Below, one piece after another: positions 9,955-19,626 of a stretch of DNA of 32,000 nt. Position numbers and translations under genes: made by a program. Position 1 is the stretch's first letter; every line of letters starts with the position of its first letter. Where the stretch lies: positions 840,001 through 872,000 of the forward strand of contig NZ_CP074694.1 of assembly GCF_018398935.1 (NCBI RefSeq). Reading direction: 5' to 3'. The notes beneath the pieces were generated by a model. That model had not been told where the DNA came from, did not search any database, and saw only the letters and a list, made by a program, of their open reading frames with translations. The stretch is from Telmatocola sphagniphila (GTDB lineage Bacteria; Planctomycetota; Planctomycetia; Gemmatales; Gemmataceae).

Positions 9955-11373
9955 ATGGCCGTCGCCAGAAGCGACGAGGAGTCAGCAAAGGCTCCATCCG
10001 CTCCCACAACACCCACACGTCGCCGAATCATTCGTAAGCCCGGAGAAGTTGCTCCGGCCGCTGCACCAGTTGCCGCTACGGAACCGGCGGCTCCCGCCCC
10101 GGTGGCGCCCCGTTCTCCCCGCCTCGACGATCTCTATCGCTTGGCCATGCCCAAGCTTTTCGCCATGGCCGAAAAGGAAGGACTGGGCGAACATACGGGG
10201 ATGACCCGAGCTCAGCTCATTGTGGGCATTGTCCGACGTCAGATCGAACGTGGCGAAGTGGTGCGAGGCTCCGGCACCCTGGAGGTCCTGCCCGATGGCT
10301 ACGGCTTCCTGCGCAGCCAAGCCCACAATTACCTGGCTTCCCCGGAAGATATTTATGTATCTCCCAGCCAGATTCGACGCATGAACCTGAAAACCGGGTT
10401 GATCGTCGAAGGTCCAATCCGCCTGCCGGTCGAAGGACAGGACAACTTCGCCATCATGCAGGTCGAAACCGTTAATGGCGTGGCTCCGGACGAACAGACC
10501 AATATCACTCAGTTCGATGACCTGACTCCCTTGCATCCCAACAGTCGTCTGGTCCTCGAATCCGATTCGAATGAACTGTCGGCTCGAATTGTCGATCTGG
10601 TCACCCCGATCGGTAAAGGCCAGCGCGGTTTGATCGTGTCACCGCCGCGAGCAGGTAAAACCGTGCTGCTTCAGAAGATGGCCTTGTCCATTCTCAAGAA
10701 CCAGCCGGAAACCTACGTTATCGTTTTATTGATTGACGAGCGTCCCGAAGAAGTTACCGATATGCAGCGTAACGTTCAGGGGCCAAATGTCGAAGTCGTG
10801 GCGAGTACATTCGACGAGCCGCCCGAAGAGCATATTCACGTCAGCGAAATCGTTCTCGAAAAAGCCAAACGCATGGTGGAACGAAAACGCGACGTGGTCA
10901 TTCTTCTCGACTCGATCACCCGTCTGGCCCGCGCTCATAATACCGAAGCTCCGGGCGGCGGTAAACTGCTCTCTGGTGGTCTCGATTCCAACGCGATGCA
11001 GAAACCGAAGAGATTCTTCGGGGCGGCCCGTAACGTCGAAGAAGGGGGTTCGTTGACGATCCTGGCCACGGCTCTGATCGACACCGGCTCCAAGATGGAC
11101 GATGTGATTTTCGAAGAGTTCAAGGGCACCGGTAACATGGAATTGCACTTGGATCGCCGACTCGTCGACAAGCGGATCTGGCCCGCTCTGGATGTCAACC
11201 GCTCCGGTACCCGCAAGGAAGAACTACTGCTCCATCCCGAAGAGATGGAACGGATGCGAATTCTCCGCCGGGTACTCTCCGATATGCACCCGGTCGAAGC
11301 GATGGAAATGCTCGTCAGCAAGGTCCGCAAGACCAAGACGAACATGGAATTCCTCATTGGCATGCATCTGTAA
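9955..11373 (+). CDS. rho: transcription termination factor Rho with an Ala/Pro-rich N-terminal extension
   Basis: Rho_N ([15 protein letters not shown]), the CSD-like RNA-binding domain ([15 protein letters not shown]), Walker A (PPRAGKT), [10 protein letters not shown], and the C-terminus [19 protein letters not shown] are all present. ATG 9955 has GAGGA upstream and is preferred over the GTG at 9868. Confidence 0.93.
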   Translation: MAVARSDEESAKAPSAPTTPTRRRIIRKPGEVAPAAAPVAATEPAAPAPVAPRSPRLDDLYRLAMPKLFAMAEKEGLGEHTGMTRAQLIVGIVRRQIERGEVVRGSGTLEVLPDGYGFLRSQAHNYLASPEDIYVSPSQIRRMNLKTGLIVEGPIRLPVEGQDNFAIMQVETVNGVAPDEQTNITQFDDLTPLHPNSRLVLESDSNELSARIVDLVTPIGKGQRGLIVSPPRAGKTVLLQKMALSILKNQPETYVIVLLIDERPEEVTDMQRNVQGPNVEVVASTFDEPPEEHIHVSEIVLEKAKRMVERKRDVVILLDSITRLARAHNTEAPGGGKLLSGGLDSNAMQKPKRFFGAARNVEEGGSLTILATALIDTGSKMDDVIFEEFKGTGNMELHLDRRLVDKRIWPALDVNRSGTRKEELLLHPEEMERMRILRRVLSDMHPVEAMEMLVSKVRKTKTNMEFLIGMHL

Positions 11374-11396
11374 TATTTGAGTTTTGAAAGCAAACC

Positions 11397-11433
11397 GAGC
11401 TCGAACAATAGCAATATTGTGTCGGGCTCTTTT
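11397..11433 (+). terminator. intrinsic terminator after rho
   Basis: GAGCTCGA-ACAATA-gcaa-TATTGT-g-TCGGGCTC is followed by TTTT, 24 nt after the rho stop. Confidence 0.6.
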
Positions 11434-11465
11434 CATATTCCCGCATCTATTTCCTCGAGTCTGTG

Positions 11466-12974
11466 ATGTCGAAAGATCCTAAATACCAGGAATTGATTAA
11501 CTTGGTCCGCGAAGCCAATCTGCTCGCTTCCTGCGGTTCTTTACTCGGTTGGGATGAGCGAACCTACCTGCCCAGTAAAGGTTCCGAATTTCGCGGTGAG
11601 CAGGTCGGTCTGATCGCACGTCTCTCCCACCAGATGAATACCAACCCGCGTGTTGGTGAACTGCTTGCCAACGTCGAAGGGAGATTGATGCCCGCTGTCG
11701 ATCTGCCCGAGCAGGCGAACATTCGGGAAATTCGTCGCAGTTACGATCGGGCGACCAAACTTCCCGCTCGATTAGTGGAAGAGATGGCGAAGATCACCAC
11801 CCAGGCCCAAGGAGCCTGGTCACAGGCCCGACAGGAGAACGATTATCCTGCTTTCAAACCCTGGCTCGATAAGATCCTGGTACTGAAGCGAGAAGAAACT
11901 CAGGCCATCGGTTTTAAAAATCATCCCTACGATGCGCTACTGGACGAGTACGAACCGGGTTGTTCCTCCACCGAAATTCGAGAGATCTTTGCCGGTCTGG
12001 TAAAGGAGTTGACGCCGCTGCTGAAGCGTATTCAGGGCGCCTCGGCTAAGCCTCGCACGGAAATTCTGCACCGCAGCTTCCCGATTGAGGCTCAAAAGGA
12101 ATTCGGCCGGAAGACGGCCGCGAAAATCGGTTTCGATTTCGAGGCCGGGCGACTGGATACAACCACCCACCCCTTTTGTTCGGGTATTGGCCCGGGCGAT
12201 TGTCGGATCACCACCCGATACAACGCGAATTTCTTCAACGAATCTTTTTTCGGTACTCTGCACGAAGCCGGGCATGGCATTTACGAACAGAATCTTCCCG
12301 CAGCGGATTTTGGTACTCCGTTGGGCAGCTATTGCTCGCTCGGAATTCACGAATCTCAATCCCGCCTCTGGGAAAACCAGATCGGTCGCAGCCGGCCGTT
12401 CTGGGAACATTTTTATCCCCAGGCAAAAGAGCTTTTCAGTTCTCTGTCGGACGTGCCGCTGGAAGATTTCTTTTTTGCCATTAACGAAGTGAAGCCTTCC
12501 CTGATTCGCGTGGAAGCGGATGAAGTGACCTATAACTTGCACATTGCCCTGCGGTTTGAACTGGAGATGGATCTACTCAAGGGGGATCTCTCGACGGCGG
12601 ATTTGCCCGAGACCTGGAATCAAAAATTTCAAAGTTATTTTGGCATTCAGCCGCCGGATTCGAAGACCGGATGCTTGCAGGACATTCATTGGAGTATGGG
12701 AGGTATCGGTTACTTTCCGACTTACACTCTGGGCAATCTGTATGCGGCTCAGTTCATGGTCCAAGCCCGGAAAGTGATGCCGCTGTTAGATCGGGAGATC
12801 TCACAAGGGGAGTTTGGTTCCTTGAAGCAGTGGCTGGTGACTCATGTGCACTCTCACGGACGTCGCTACACGCCGGACGTGTTGTGTCGCAAGATCACGG
12901 GGCAGGCTCTAACGCATAAGCCGTTTTTGGAATATCTAAATGAAAAATTTTCTCATTTGTATCGGCTTATGTGA
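11466..12974 (+). CDS. M32 family (Taq-type) metallocarboxypeptidase
   Basis: HEAGHGIYEQ (HExxH), HESQSRLWEN, DEVTYNLHIALRFELE and IHWS.G.GYFPTYTLG are hallmarks of carboxypeptidase M32. Confidence 0.9.
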   Translation: MSKDPKYQELINLVREANLLASCGSLLGWDERTYLPSKGSEFRGEQVGLIARLSHQMNTNPRVGELLANVEGRLMPAVDLPEQANIREIRRSYDRATKLPARLVEEMAKITTQAQGAWSQARQENDYPAFKPWLDKILVLKREETQAIGFKNHPYDALLDEYEPGCSSTEIREIFAGLVKELTPLLKRIQGASAKPRTEILHRSFPIEAQKEFGRKTAAKIGFDFEAGRLDTTTHPFCSGIGPGDCRITTRYNANFFNESFFGTLHEAGHGIYEQNLPAADFGTPLGSYCSLGIHESQSRLWENQIGRSRPFWEHFYPQAKELFSSLSDVPLEDFFFAINEVKPSLIRVEADEVTYNLHIALRFELEMDLLKGDLSTADLPETWNQKFQSYFGIQPPDSKTGCLQDIHWSMGGIGYFPTYTLGNLYAAQFMVQARKVMPLLDREISQGEFGSLKQWLVTHVHSHGRRYTPDVLCRKITGQALTHKPFLEYLNEKFSHLYRLM

Positions 12975-13257
12975 TGCAAAATTCTCTGGTTAGATATGCA
13001 AAATTGAACGTTTATGATCGCCCTTTAATGAGTCCCCACTCATAAATAGATGCATGTGCAGACAATCGCTAAATATCCTGTCGGTAATAACCCTATTCTT
13101 GATCATTCGATGTAAGCTGGACATTTTTTTGCAGGTAGAGTTCAAATAGGGTTCGATGCCTCTCAGCGTCTTCAGGTGACTCATGTTCCGAGTTCTTTGT
13201 GGCCTCTCGAGATGAGCAGGAGATCCCATTTATAAAGTTTCTCTAGAGGACTGATTT

Positions 13258-14148
13258 ATGCTCTCCCAATCACGTCGAAGGGGATTTACCCTGATCGAAC
13301 TGCTGGTTGTAATCGCAATCATTGCTATCTTGATCGGGCTACTGCTCCCCGCAGTTCAAAAAGTTCGTGCCGCGGCGGCCCGTATGGTGAGTACCAACAA
13401 CCTGAAGCAGATTGTTCTGGCTTGCCACAACTTCGAAAGTGCTAACGGTAAACTCCCTCCGATGGCGGATACGATCCCGAATAATACTGGGAATTGGGCC
13501 TCATTGCATTTCTGGATTCTCCCTTACATCGAACAGAATAACATTTGGAATTGGGGCGCTTCCATCGCCAACACCTGGACGGGAACTGCCAACGCCCCCG
13601 GGGCTCAGAAGGTTAAGACGTATCTCACAAACCGGGATTACACCACTCCTCCCGACACCTGGACCGAGGGCAACGGCGGTACTTGGGGATATTGCAACTA
13701 CGGTATGAACCATGCTGTGTTCGGCACGCCCTATACTTCGAATACGAATGCTCCCAAGACCATACTCGGCATAACCGATGGAACCTCCAACACGGTTGCC
13801 TTCTGCGAGCAGCTATCGCAATGCGGCATTGGAAATAACACCAGTTCGACCGATCCCACACCTAAACTGTGGGCTTACTATCCCCCCTGGTGGTGGCCCC
13901 AGGGACCTTACTTCGATACCCGCTTGATGAGTAATACCAGTGTCAATCCGCCTACCGCTACGCCACCGCAGTCCCAACCCTCCATCGCGGCCTGTAACCC
14001 CTACTACGTTCAGGCACTCGATGCTTCCGGGTGCATGACCGGGATGTGCGACGGCAGCGTTCGTACCGTTTCGACCAACGTCAGTCCTACGACCTGGTAC
14101 GCCGCATTGTGGCCGACCGATGGGCTCATCCTGGGCTCCGATTGGTAA
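13258..14148 (+). CDS. DUF1559 protein with prepilin-type N-terminal cleavage/methylation domain
   Basis: N-terminus [32 protein letters not shown]-terminal ...CDGSVRTVS resembles the H-X9-DG motif of this Planctomycetota-expanded family. GAGGA lies upstream of the ATG. Confidence 0.9.
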   Translation: MLSQSRRRGFTLIELLVVIAIIAILIGLLLPAVQKVRAAAARMVSTNNLKQIVLACHNFESANGKLPPMADTIPNNTGNWASLHFWILPYIEQNNIWNWGASIANTWTGTANAPGAQKVKTYLTNRDYTTPPDTWTEGNGGTWGYCNYGMNHAVFGTPYTSNTNAPKTILGITDGTSNTVAFCEQLSQCGIGNNTSSTDPTPKLWAYYPPWWWPQGPYFDTRLMSNTSVNPPTATPPQSQPSIAACNPYYVQALDASGCMTGMCDGSVRTVSTNVSPTTWYAALWPTDGLILGSDW

Positions 14149-14171
14149 GTCTCATTTGTCTTAATACCCAC

Positions 14172-14209
14172 GCAGAGGGAAGGGCCGCGAGGTGATCCCC
14201 TCTGCTTTT
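14172..14209 (+). terminator. hairpin plus T4 between the DUF1559 gene and the downstream lipoprotein gene (terminator/attenuator)
   Basis: GCAGAGGG-(18 nt)-CCCTCTGC is followed by TTTT. It lies 24 nt after the stop at 14148 and 11 nt before the ATG at 14220. Confidence 0.4.
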
Positions 14210-14219
14210 CGCATTCCCA

Positions 14220-14648
14220 ATGGAAATCTCTCCCATGCGTTTCTCTTTCCTGTCTACTAGCGTACTTTTGGTTTGCTGCGTTGCTCTTCTTGGCTGCGGC
14301 GAGAAAAAAGTGAAACGGGTTACCCTCGAAGGGACCATTACCATAAAGGGGAAACCTCTCGATAATGGCATCGTAAAGTTTCACGGCGACAAAGGGCTGG
14401 TCTGGACGGCAATCGTTCACGAAGGTGGAAAGTTTATCATCACCGACGTGGTGCCGGGCGCTGTGAAAGTCAGTTTGACCGAATCCCCGCAAAGCTTCGG
14501 AAGTTCTTCCGATGGGAAGGACAAACACAACGCGGGTAAACTGCCGAGTTTCGATCCAGTTATGAAGAAACTGATGGATCCGGATACGGCCAATCTCCAT
14601 TATACCATCACGGAAGATCAGAAAGAGATTCACATCGAAGTGACCTGA
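14220..14648 (+). CDS. small lipoprotein, carboxypeptidase-regulatory-like beta-sandwich (usual DUF1559 partner)
   Basis: Lipobox-like VALLGC|GEKK follows a hydrophobic N-terminus. GTITIKGKPLDNGIVKFHG resembles CarboxypepD_reg-type domains commonly encoded after DUF1559 genes. Confidence 0.6.
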   Translation: MEISPMRFSFLSTSVLLVCCVALLGCGEKKVKRVTLEGTITIKGKPLDNGIVKFHGDKGLVWTAIVHEGGKFIITDVVPGAVKVSLTESPQSFGSSSDGKDKHNAGKLPSFDPVMKKLMDPDTANLHYTITEDQKEIHIEVT

Positions 14649-14684
14649 ATCTCTGCGGAATTATTAAATCTTTTAGCAGGCGAA

Positions 14685-16361
14685 CTACAGTTTCTTGGCA
14701 AGACCTTCGCCCAGTCTTCGCAAGCCGGCACTGTAGTCATCCGCTTCGATATGGACGTTCAGGATGCTGAAGGAATCGATATTCTTCAAGGAGGCATCCA
14801 GAGCCAGGTCCAACTCACCTTCGGTACGAATCTCGAAACCGATTCCCGATCCGATCACCTCAGGGAGTTTGTGATAATTCCAATTGGGAATGTCGTTGAA
14901 CTTGCCCTCTAATATAAATCGTTCCGTCAGATAGCCTTTATTGTTCAGGATAATTACAATCGGCGAGAGGCCGCTGCGTCGTGTAGTTCCCAATTCCATG
15001 CCAGTCATCTGGAAGGCCCCATCCCCCACCAATATGATCGGTCGAATATCCGGTTCCGCAGTCTGGGCCCCGATCGCGGCTGGGACGGCCCAACCGAGAG
15101 TCGCATAGAACGCCGAACCGAGGAAATCCGCACTTTCATTAACGGTCAGATCGGCAGCCCCAAACAAGGCATCTCCCGGATCGGCGATCACACGGAACTT
15201 GCCATTCAATAGGGAATTCACCTTCTGAAAGACCCGCCGGACGGTGATTTTTTGGGACACTTCCGCTTGCCATGCCTGGGACATCGGATTCTTTTCGCTC
15301 GGCAGCGCCCGAGTGTATTTGGGAAGCGGCTGGGTCAGCAATCCCTTTACAAATTCGTGAAGCAGGATGTCGCGATAATGGTGATAGCGAATTCGAACGA
15401 CTTCGCTGGTGGCGAAAATCACCCGATTTTCGTCGAGATTATGCGTGAAGATTCCTGTGTCCATGTCGGTAAGCATCGCACCGAGCATCAGAACGCAATC
15501 CGAGGATTCGACGAACTTGGTCACGCTCTGCCGTCCCATCGCGGCCTGGTAGACCCCCAGATAGTGCGAGTGCCGTTCCGGGATGACCGATTTACTGAGC
15601 AAGGTCGAAGCGATGGGAATGCCATTTTTCTCGGCGAATTGAAGAACCAAATCCGCCAGTTTAAAGCGGCTCAGTTCCACGCCCGCAATGATAACCGGCG
15701 ATTTCGCCACCATCAGCATGGTGTAGGTTTCGGCCAGGCTCTCCCGCAGTTCATCCTCATCACTGACCGGATTTTCATGAATGGGAGTGTGCGGATAACT
15801 CGGCACGTGGTGTACACGATCCTGCGGCAGTTCGATATAGACAGGCCGTTTGTGTCGAAGGCAGGCATTCAACACCCGATCGATCTCCCGGAAAGCCGTC
15901 AGCGGATCTTTCAACAACGTGTTCGCCACCGTCAGCTTTTCAAATACCCCCTGCTGGGTATCGTGCTCCCCAACCATATGGTGAAGCAATTGATTGCGCT
16001 TGATGGCCTTAAGACTCGGGGCACCACTGATAATCACCACCGGCGATTTTTCGGCGTAAGCGGAAGCCACAGCGTTGGATAAGCTAAAAGCACCGACCGC
16101 GTACGTCACGCAGGCCACACCAATCCCATTAATTCGGGCATACGCATCCGCGGCGTAGCCCGCCCCCAGTTCGTTAGTCGTAACCACCATTTCTATGGGG
16201 CTCTCCTCGACCATTTTAAAAAATCCGAGAATGTAATCGCCGGGGATGCCGAACATATGCCTCACGCCTAATTCGTGAAGCCGATCCAGGAGGTACTTTC
16301 CGATGGAGATCGTATTGGGCGAGAGATCGATCGAGGGATGGGACGGATTCGGCAGATTCAT
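14685..16361 (-). CDS. thiamine-diphosphate-dependent 2-keto-acid decarboxylase (indolepyruvate/phenylpyruvate decarboxylase family)
   Basis: 558 aa. N-terminal PYR domain (HMFGIPGDY...ELGAGYAADAYAR), C-terminal TPP-binding motif (GDGAFQMTGMELGT...ILNNKGY). The layout matches IpdC/PDC-type enzymes. Substrate specificity cannot be read from the sequence. Confidence 0.85.
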   Translation of the reverse strand: MNLPNPSHPSIDLSPNTISIGKYLLDRLHELGVRHMFGIPGDYILGFFKMVEESPIEMVVTTNELGAGYAADAYARINGIGVACVTYAVGAFSLSNAVASAYAEKSPVVIISGAPSLKAIKRNQLLHHMVGEHDTQQGVFEKLTVANTLLKDPLTAFREIDRVLNACLRHKRPVYIELPQDRVHHVPSYPHTPIHENPVSDEDELRESLAETYTMLMVAKSPVIIAGVELSRFKLADLVLQFAEKNGIPIASTLLSKSVIPERHSHYLGVYQAAMGRQSVTKFVESSDCVLMLGAMLTDMDTGIFTHNLDENRVIFATSEVVRIRYHHYRDILLHEFVKGLLTQPLPKYTRALPSEKNPMSQAWQAEVSQKITVRRVFQKVNSLLNGKFRVIADPGDALFGAADLTVNESADFLGSAFYATLGWAVPAAIGAQTAEPDIRPIILVGDGAFQMTGMELGTTRRSGLSPIVIILNNKGYLTERFILEGKFNDIPNWNYHKLPEVIGSGIGFEIRTEGELDLALDASLKNIDSFSILNVHIEADDYSAGLRRLGEGLAKKL

Positions 16362-16524
16362 GAGTGCGCCTTAATAATCGAATTAGTGCTTGGGATATTC
16401 CTAGTCCAGTGAATTCGTACTGGCCGCTGAAAAGATTGGAAATGGTTCTTGATTCTTCACGCGAACCTATGAAAGATAAGGATATTCTTGCTGCACGATT
16501 AAAAATATCCGTTGGAGGAATGCT

Positions 16525-17220
16525 ATGAACCGAAGAGACTTTCTGGCCGTCACAGGGGTGGCCGCTGGTTCCTTATTGCTGCCCGGTGTCAGTCAGGCCG
16601 CCAAGGAATTCGAACTGCCTAAGTTGCCGTATGCGACCGATGCTCTCGAACCGAACATCGATGCGATGACGATGGAAATCCATCACGACAAACATCACGC
16701 CGCATATGTCGCTAATTTGAACAAGGCTTTGGCTTCGGCTCCCGATTGGCAGGGCAAGACGATCGATGAAGTGATCGCCGGTTACAAGAAACTTCCCGAA
16801 GCGATTCAATCGGCCGTTCGCAACAACGGCGGCGGACACTACAATCACTCGCTGTTCTGGCAGACCATGTGTAAGGGCGGAACGAAACCTAAAGGCGAAC
16901 TGGCCAAGGCAATTGACTCAACCTTCAAATCGTTGGAAGATCTGCAGAAGCTGATCAAGACGGCGGCCATGGGTCGGTTCGGCAGCGGTTGGAGCTGGCT
17001 GGTGCTGACTCCGGAAGGAAAGTTGAAAGTCGCCTCGTCTCCGAATCAGGATAACCCGATTATCGAAGGCACGGGCACCCCGCTAACCGGCATTGATGTC
17101 TGGGAACATGCTTATTACCTGAAGTATCAAAACAAGCGCGCCGACTATATCGACGCCTGGTTCAAGGTCGTGAATTGGGATTGGGTCAGCGATCGCTACA
17201 ATACGGTCAAAAAAGGCTAA
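16525..17220 (+). CDS. sodA: Fe/Mn-family superoxide dismutase (Mn-type signature) with a twin-arginine signal peptide
   Basis: [28 protein letters not shown] and [19 protein letters not shown] are present. The N-terminus [25 protein letters not shown] is a Tat-type leader. GGAGGA lies upstream of the ATG. Confidence 0.93.
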   Translation: MNRRDFLAVTGVAAGSLLLPGVSQAAKEFELPKLPYATDALEPNIDAMTMEIHHDKHHAAYVANLNKALASAPDWQGKTIDEVIAGYKKLPEAIQSAVRNNGGGHYNHSLFWQTMCKGGTKPKGELAKAIDSTFKSLEDLQKLIKTAAMGRFGSGWSWLVLTPEGKLKVASSPNQDNPIIEGTGTPLTGIDVWEHAYYLKYQNKRADYIDAWFKVVNWDWVSDRYNTVKKG

Positions 17221-17225
17221 TTCGT

Positions 17226-18170
17226 CTACTTGATCGCCCAGCGTAACTTTGCCGATCGGGAGCGGGGATTATCGAACCGCTCCTGCAGGCCCGGACGAAG
17301 TGGCTCCTCACAAATCTCTGAATATTCGCCTCTTTCCAAGCCTTCCTTGAATGCCTTTTTCACGAGTCGATCTTCCCCCGAGTGGAAGCTGATGATGGCC
17401 GCCCGCCCTCCGGCTTTCAGCGTCCAGGGGAGAACTCGCAGCAGTTCTTGAAGATTCGATAGCTCTCGGTTCACCACAATCCGAAGTGTTTGAAACACTC
17501 GGGCAACCGGTCGGAACGTCTGTTGGCGGGCAGTACCGGCTTTGCGATCTTCAAGAATTTTGACGGGGGCGGCTTTCAGTATCAGTTCGCGCAGATCCTG
17601 TGTAGTTTCAAAAGGCTCGGTTTGACGTCGGACGATAATGGCTCGAGCAATGCCGGCCGCCTGCGGTTCATCGCCGATTTCGAGAAACATCTCGGCCAGT
17701 TCTTCCTCATCGAGCGTTTGAAGAAGTTGTGCAGCCGTTTTGCCGCGAGAGCGATCCATACGCATATCCAGCGGGCCTTCGCGCATATAACTGAAGCCCC
17801 GGCTGGCGTCGTCGATCTGCATGGAGGACATACCGAGATCGGCCAACAGGCAATCGACTTCCCGACCTTCTAACGCCGTGGGAAAACCAGCGAAGTTGCC
17901 GTGTGTAAGCTGAAAGGAGAAACCGGTTTCGCTCAGCTTGGCATTCGCACTCTCGATATTCTCGGCATCCAGATCGAAAGCAAAGAGTTTGCCGTCCGGG
18001 CCGATCCGCTTCAACAGCTCGAAGGAATGGCCGGCAAAACCGAGAGTGCAATCGACGGCGATGTCTCCCGGTTTGGGCTGAAGGGTCGATAGTACTTCGG
18101 GCAGCATTACGGGAACGTGCTGCCCCTGCGGCGTGCTTCGATGCCGGCGGCGATGAAAGGGACGACCCAT
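17226..18170 (-). CDS. rsmH: 16S rRNA (cytosine1402-N4)-methyltransferase
   Basis: HVPVMLPEVL...DCTLGFAGHS, DLGMSSMQIDD..RGFSY, ISFHSGEDRLVK and NPRSRSAKLR are diagnostic for RsmH/MraW. Confidence 0.92.
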   Translation of the reverse strand: MGRPFHRRRHRSTPQGQHVPVMLPEVLSTLQPKPGDIAVDCTLGFAGHSFELLKRIGPDGKLFAFDLDAENIESANAKLSETGFSFQLTHGNFAGFPTALEGREVDCLLADLGMSSMQIDDASRGFSYMREGPLDMRMDRSRGKTAAQLLQTLDEEELAEMFLEIGDEPQAAGIARAIIVRRQTEPFETTQDLRELILKAAPVKILEDRKAGTARQQTFRPVARVFQTLRIVVNRELSNLQELLRVLPWTLKAGGRAAIISFHSGEDRLVKKAFKEGLERGEYSEICEEPLRPGLQERFDNPRSRSAKLRWAIK

Positions 18171-18182
18171 CGAGTTTCCCCT

Positions 18183-19121
18183 TTACGAACGGAAGTTCAA
18201 AGTAATCGCCATATGTTCCTGCCCCAGTACCACTTCGGGGAAAATCGACTCTGCATTACGGCGGAAGTAATCCGGGTTGGGCAGGGCCGGGCTGAAGTGG
18301 GTAAACCACAACCGGCGAGCGCTCGCCTTAATCCCCATATCCGCCGCTTCGGCGAACGTCATGTGTTTGTTGTCGATAGCCTTCTGCTGATCGGCATTAT
18401 CCCCGTAGGTTGCTTCGGTGATCAGCAGATCGACATTCTGAAAGAACGAGTGGAAGGTCCGGCGCGGCCGACTGTCCGTTACAAAACCGAAGGATAGACC
18501 CGGGCGCGGTGGGCCGAGCACGGCGTCCGGTGTAATAGTCTTCCCATCGAAGGTTATTGCTTCGCCCTTTTGCAAGGTCTTCCAGAATGTCACGGGGATA
18601 CCCAGTTCCTTGGCTCGCTGCGGCTGAAATTCCGGAAGCCGGGGAAGATCGAAACGGTACGCCATGGTAAACATGTCGTGCTCGGCCTTGCAGGTCGAGA
18701 TCCGCAATCCGTTTATTTGCCAATCGACGGTGGAACATCCATCCCATTCGATGCAATGAATGGGGAAGGGCAGTACGGGCGCGATCACCCGGAGACAATC
18801 GACCACCCGCTGCAGGCCGCGCGGGCCAAAAATCGTCAGGGGTTCCTCTGCCGTCCGTCCGCTGTTCCCGACTGTCAGCAATAGGCCGGGAAGACCGGCG
18901 ATATGATCGGCATGGAAGTGCGTGATCAGGATATGGCCGATGTCTTTCAAGCCCCAGCCGAGTTTGCGGAGACTGACCTGGGTACCTTCCCCGCAATCCA
19001 GCAGGATGAGATTTCCGCCGTGTCGCAGTAGTACGCTCGATAGAAAACGTCCGGGCAGGGGCAAGGTTCCCCCGGTACCCAATAGAGCTATGTCGATCAA
19101 CCCCGGTTCCTTTCCGCACAA
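18183..19121 (-). CDS. rnz: ribonuclease Z (MBL-fold tRNA 3' endonuclease)
   Basis: LLGTGGTLP...LLDCGEGTQ...ILITHFHADHIAGLPGLLL and C-terminal LWFTHFS match RNase Z. A 12-bp gap to rsmH suggests an operon. Confidence 0.85.
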   Translation of the reverse strand: MCGKEPGLIDIALLGTGGTLPLPGRFLSSVLLRHGGNLILLDCGEGTQVSLRKLGWGLKDIGHILITHFHADHIAGLPGLLLTVGNSGRTAEEPLTIFGPRGLQRVVDCLRVIAPVLPFPIHCIEWDGCSTVDWQINGLRISTCKAEHDMFTMAYRFDLPRLPEFQPQRAKELGIPVTFWKTLQKGEAITFDGKTITPDAVLGPPRPGLSFGFVTDSRPRRTFHSFFQNVDLLITEATYGDNADQQKAIDNKHMTFAEAADMGIKASARRLWFTHFSPALPNPDYFRRNAESIFPEVVLGQEHMAITLNFRS

Positions 19122-19554
19122 CTAATAAGAGAAGTATCTTACCGGATAGTTCGGAATCGGGCATGGGTTCGCGATAAAGTTGGCACGCAAGTGCTCAAAA
19201 GTGAACGAACTCAGGGATTTGCCACGGAAGGCCTGCAGGCCTGTGCCGGTAAATTCTCATCAGTACTGATCTGGAGGAAAAAGCTTTGTAAATGAAAGCA
19301 GCGGGTGTGTTATCGAGTGTCAATCAAGTCACTCGGTAACCACCCGCCTTGCTTATTCTTAGGCGACTTAGAAGGATTCACTTCAACTTTTTGGTGCTAA
19401 ACCCCAAACTGTCAGTAAACCTTCCTAAGAAGTGCTGCTCATCACTTTTTTGCCGCCTAAGTTAACGAATCCCTTCTCTACTAAGGATCGTTATGAAAGA
19501 TATTACTTGCAGCATCCATGCCAACATCGGGCAAGTCGAATATTTCAGAACATC

Positions 19555-19582
19555 TCACTGAAAATGAATCACTGAAAATGAA
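19555..19582. repeat. 14-bp perfect tandem duplication (TCACTGAAAATGAA x2)
   Basis: Read directly from the sequence: 19555-19568 and 19569-19582 are identical. Confidence 0.9.
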
Positions 19583-19626
19583 AACGGCTGGTACTCGAAC
19601 GTCTCGCGAACATTCGATACCAGCCG
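19575..19626 (-). terminator. intrinsic terminator of the DUF3309 gene (minus strand)
   Basis: CGGCTGGTA(c)TCGAA...TTCGATACCAGCCG forms 14 bp with one bulge. On the minus strand it is followed by UUUUCAUUUUC. It starts 22 nt after the stop at 19649. Confidence 0.55.

Noticed and set aside
13150-13160. GGTTCGATGCC T-loop-like string suggesting a tRNA
   Set aside because: The flanking bases do not form a T-stem, and no acceptor or anticodon arms can be drawn. Not a tRNA.
12990-13229. 79-aa minus-strand ORF in the carboxypeptidase/DUF1559 intergenic region
   Set aside because: AT-rich, no recognisable motif or RBS, and it fills a promoter-type spacer. Probably not coding. The 10-bp direct repeat ATGCAAAATT (12974-83 and 12995-13004, 21-bp spacing) is noted, but it is too short to interpret.
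18397-19164. 255-aa minus-strand ORF overlapping rnz in another frame, and other long shadow ORFs (for example 273..902, 15252..16082, 20371..21306, 26514..27038)
   Set aside because: They are Arg/Pro/Gly-rich with no motifs and lie entirely inside well-supported genes. These are typical off-frame ORFs of moderately GC-rich DNA.
19181-19194. Sigma-54-like element TGGCACgcaagTGC pointing toward the non-coding region
   Set aside because: The GG-to-GC spacing is one nucleotide shorter than the strict -24/-12 consensus (TGGCAC-N5-TTGC). Without experimental support it is not called.
19555-19582. Tandem repeat as a possible CRISPR or minisatellite
   Set aside because: Only two 14-bp copies with no spacers. 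It abuts the DUF3309 terminator U tract. Not a CRISPR array.
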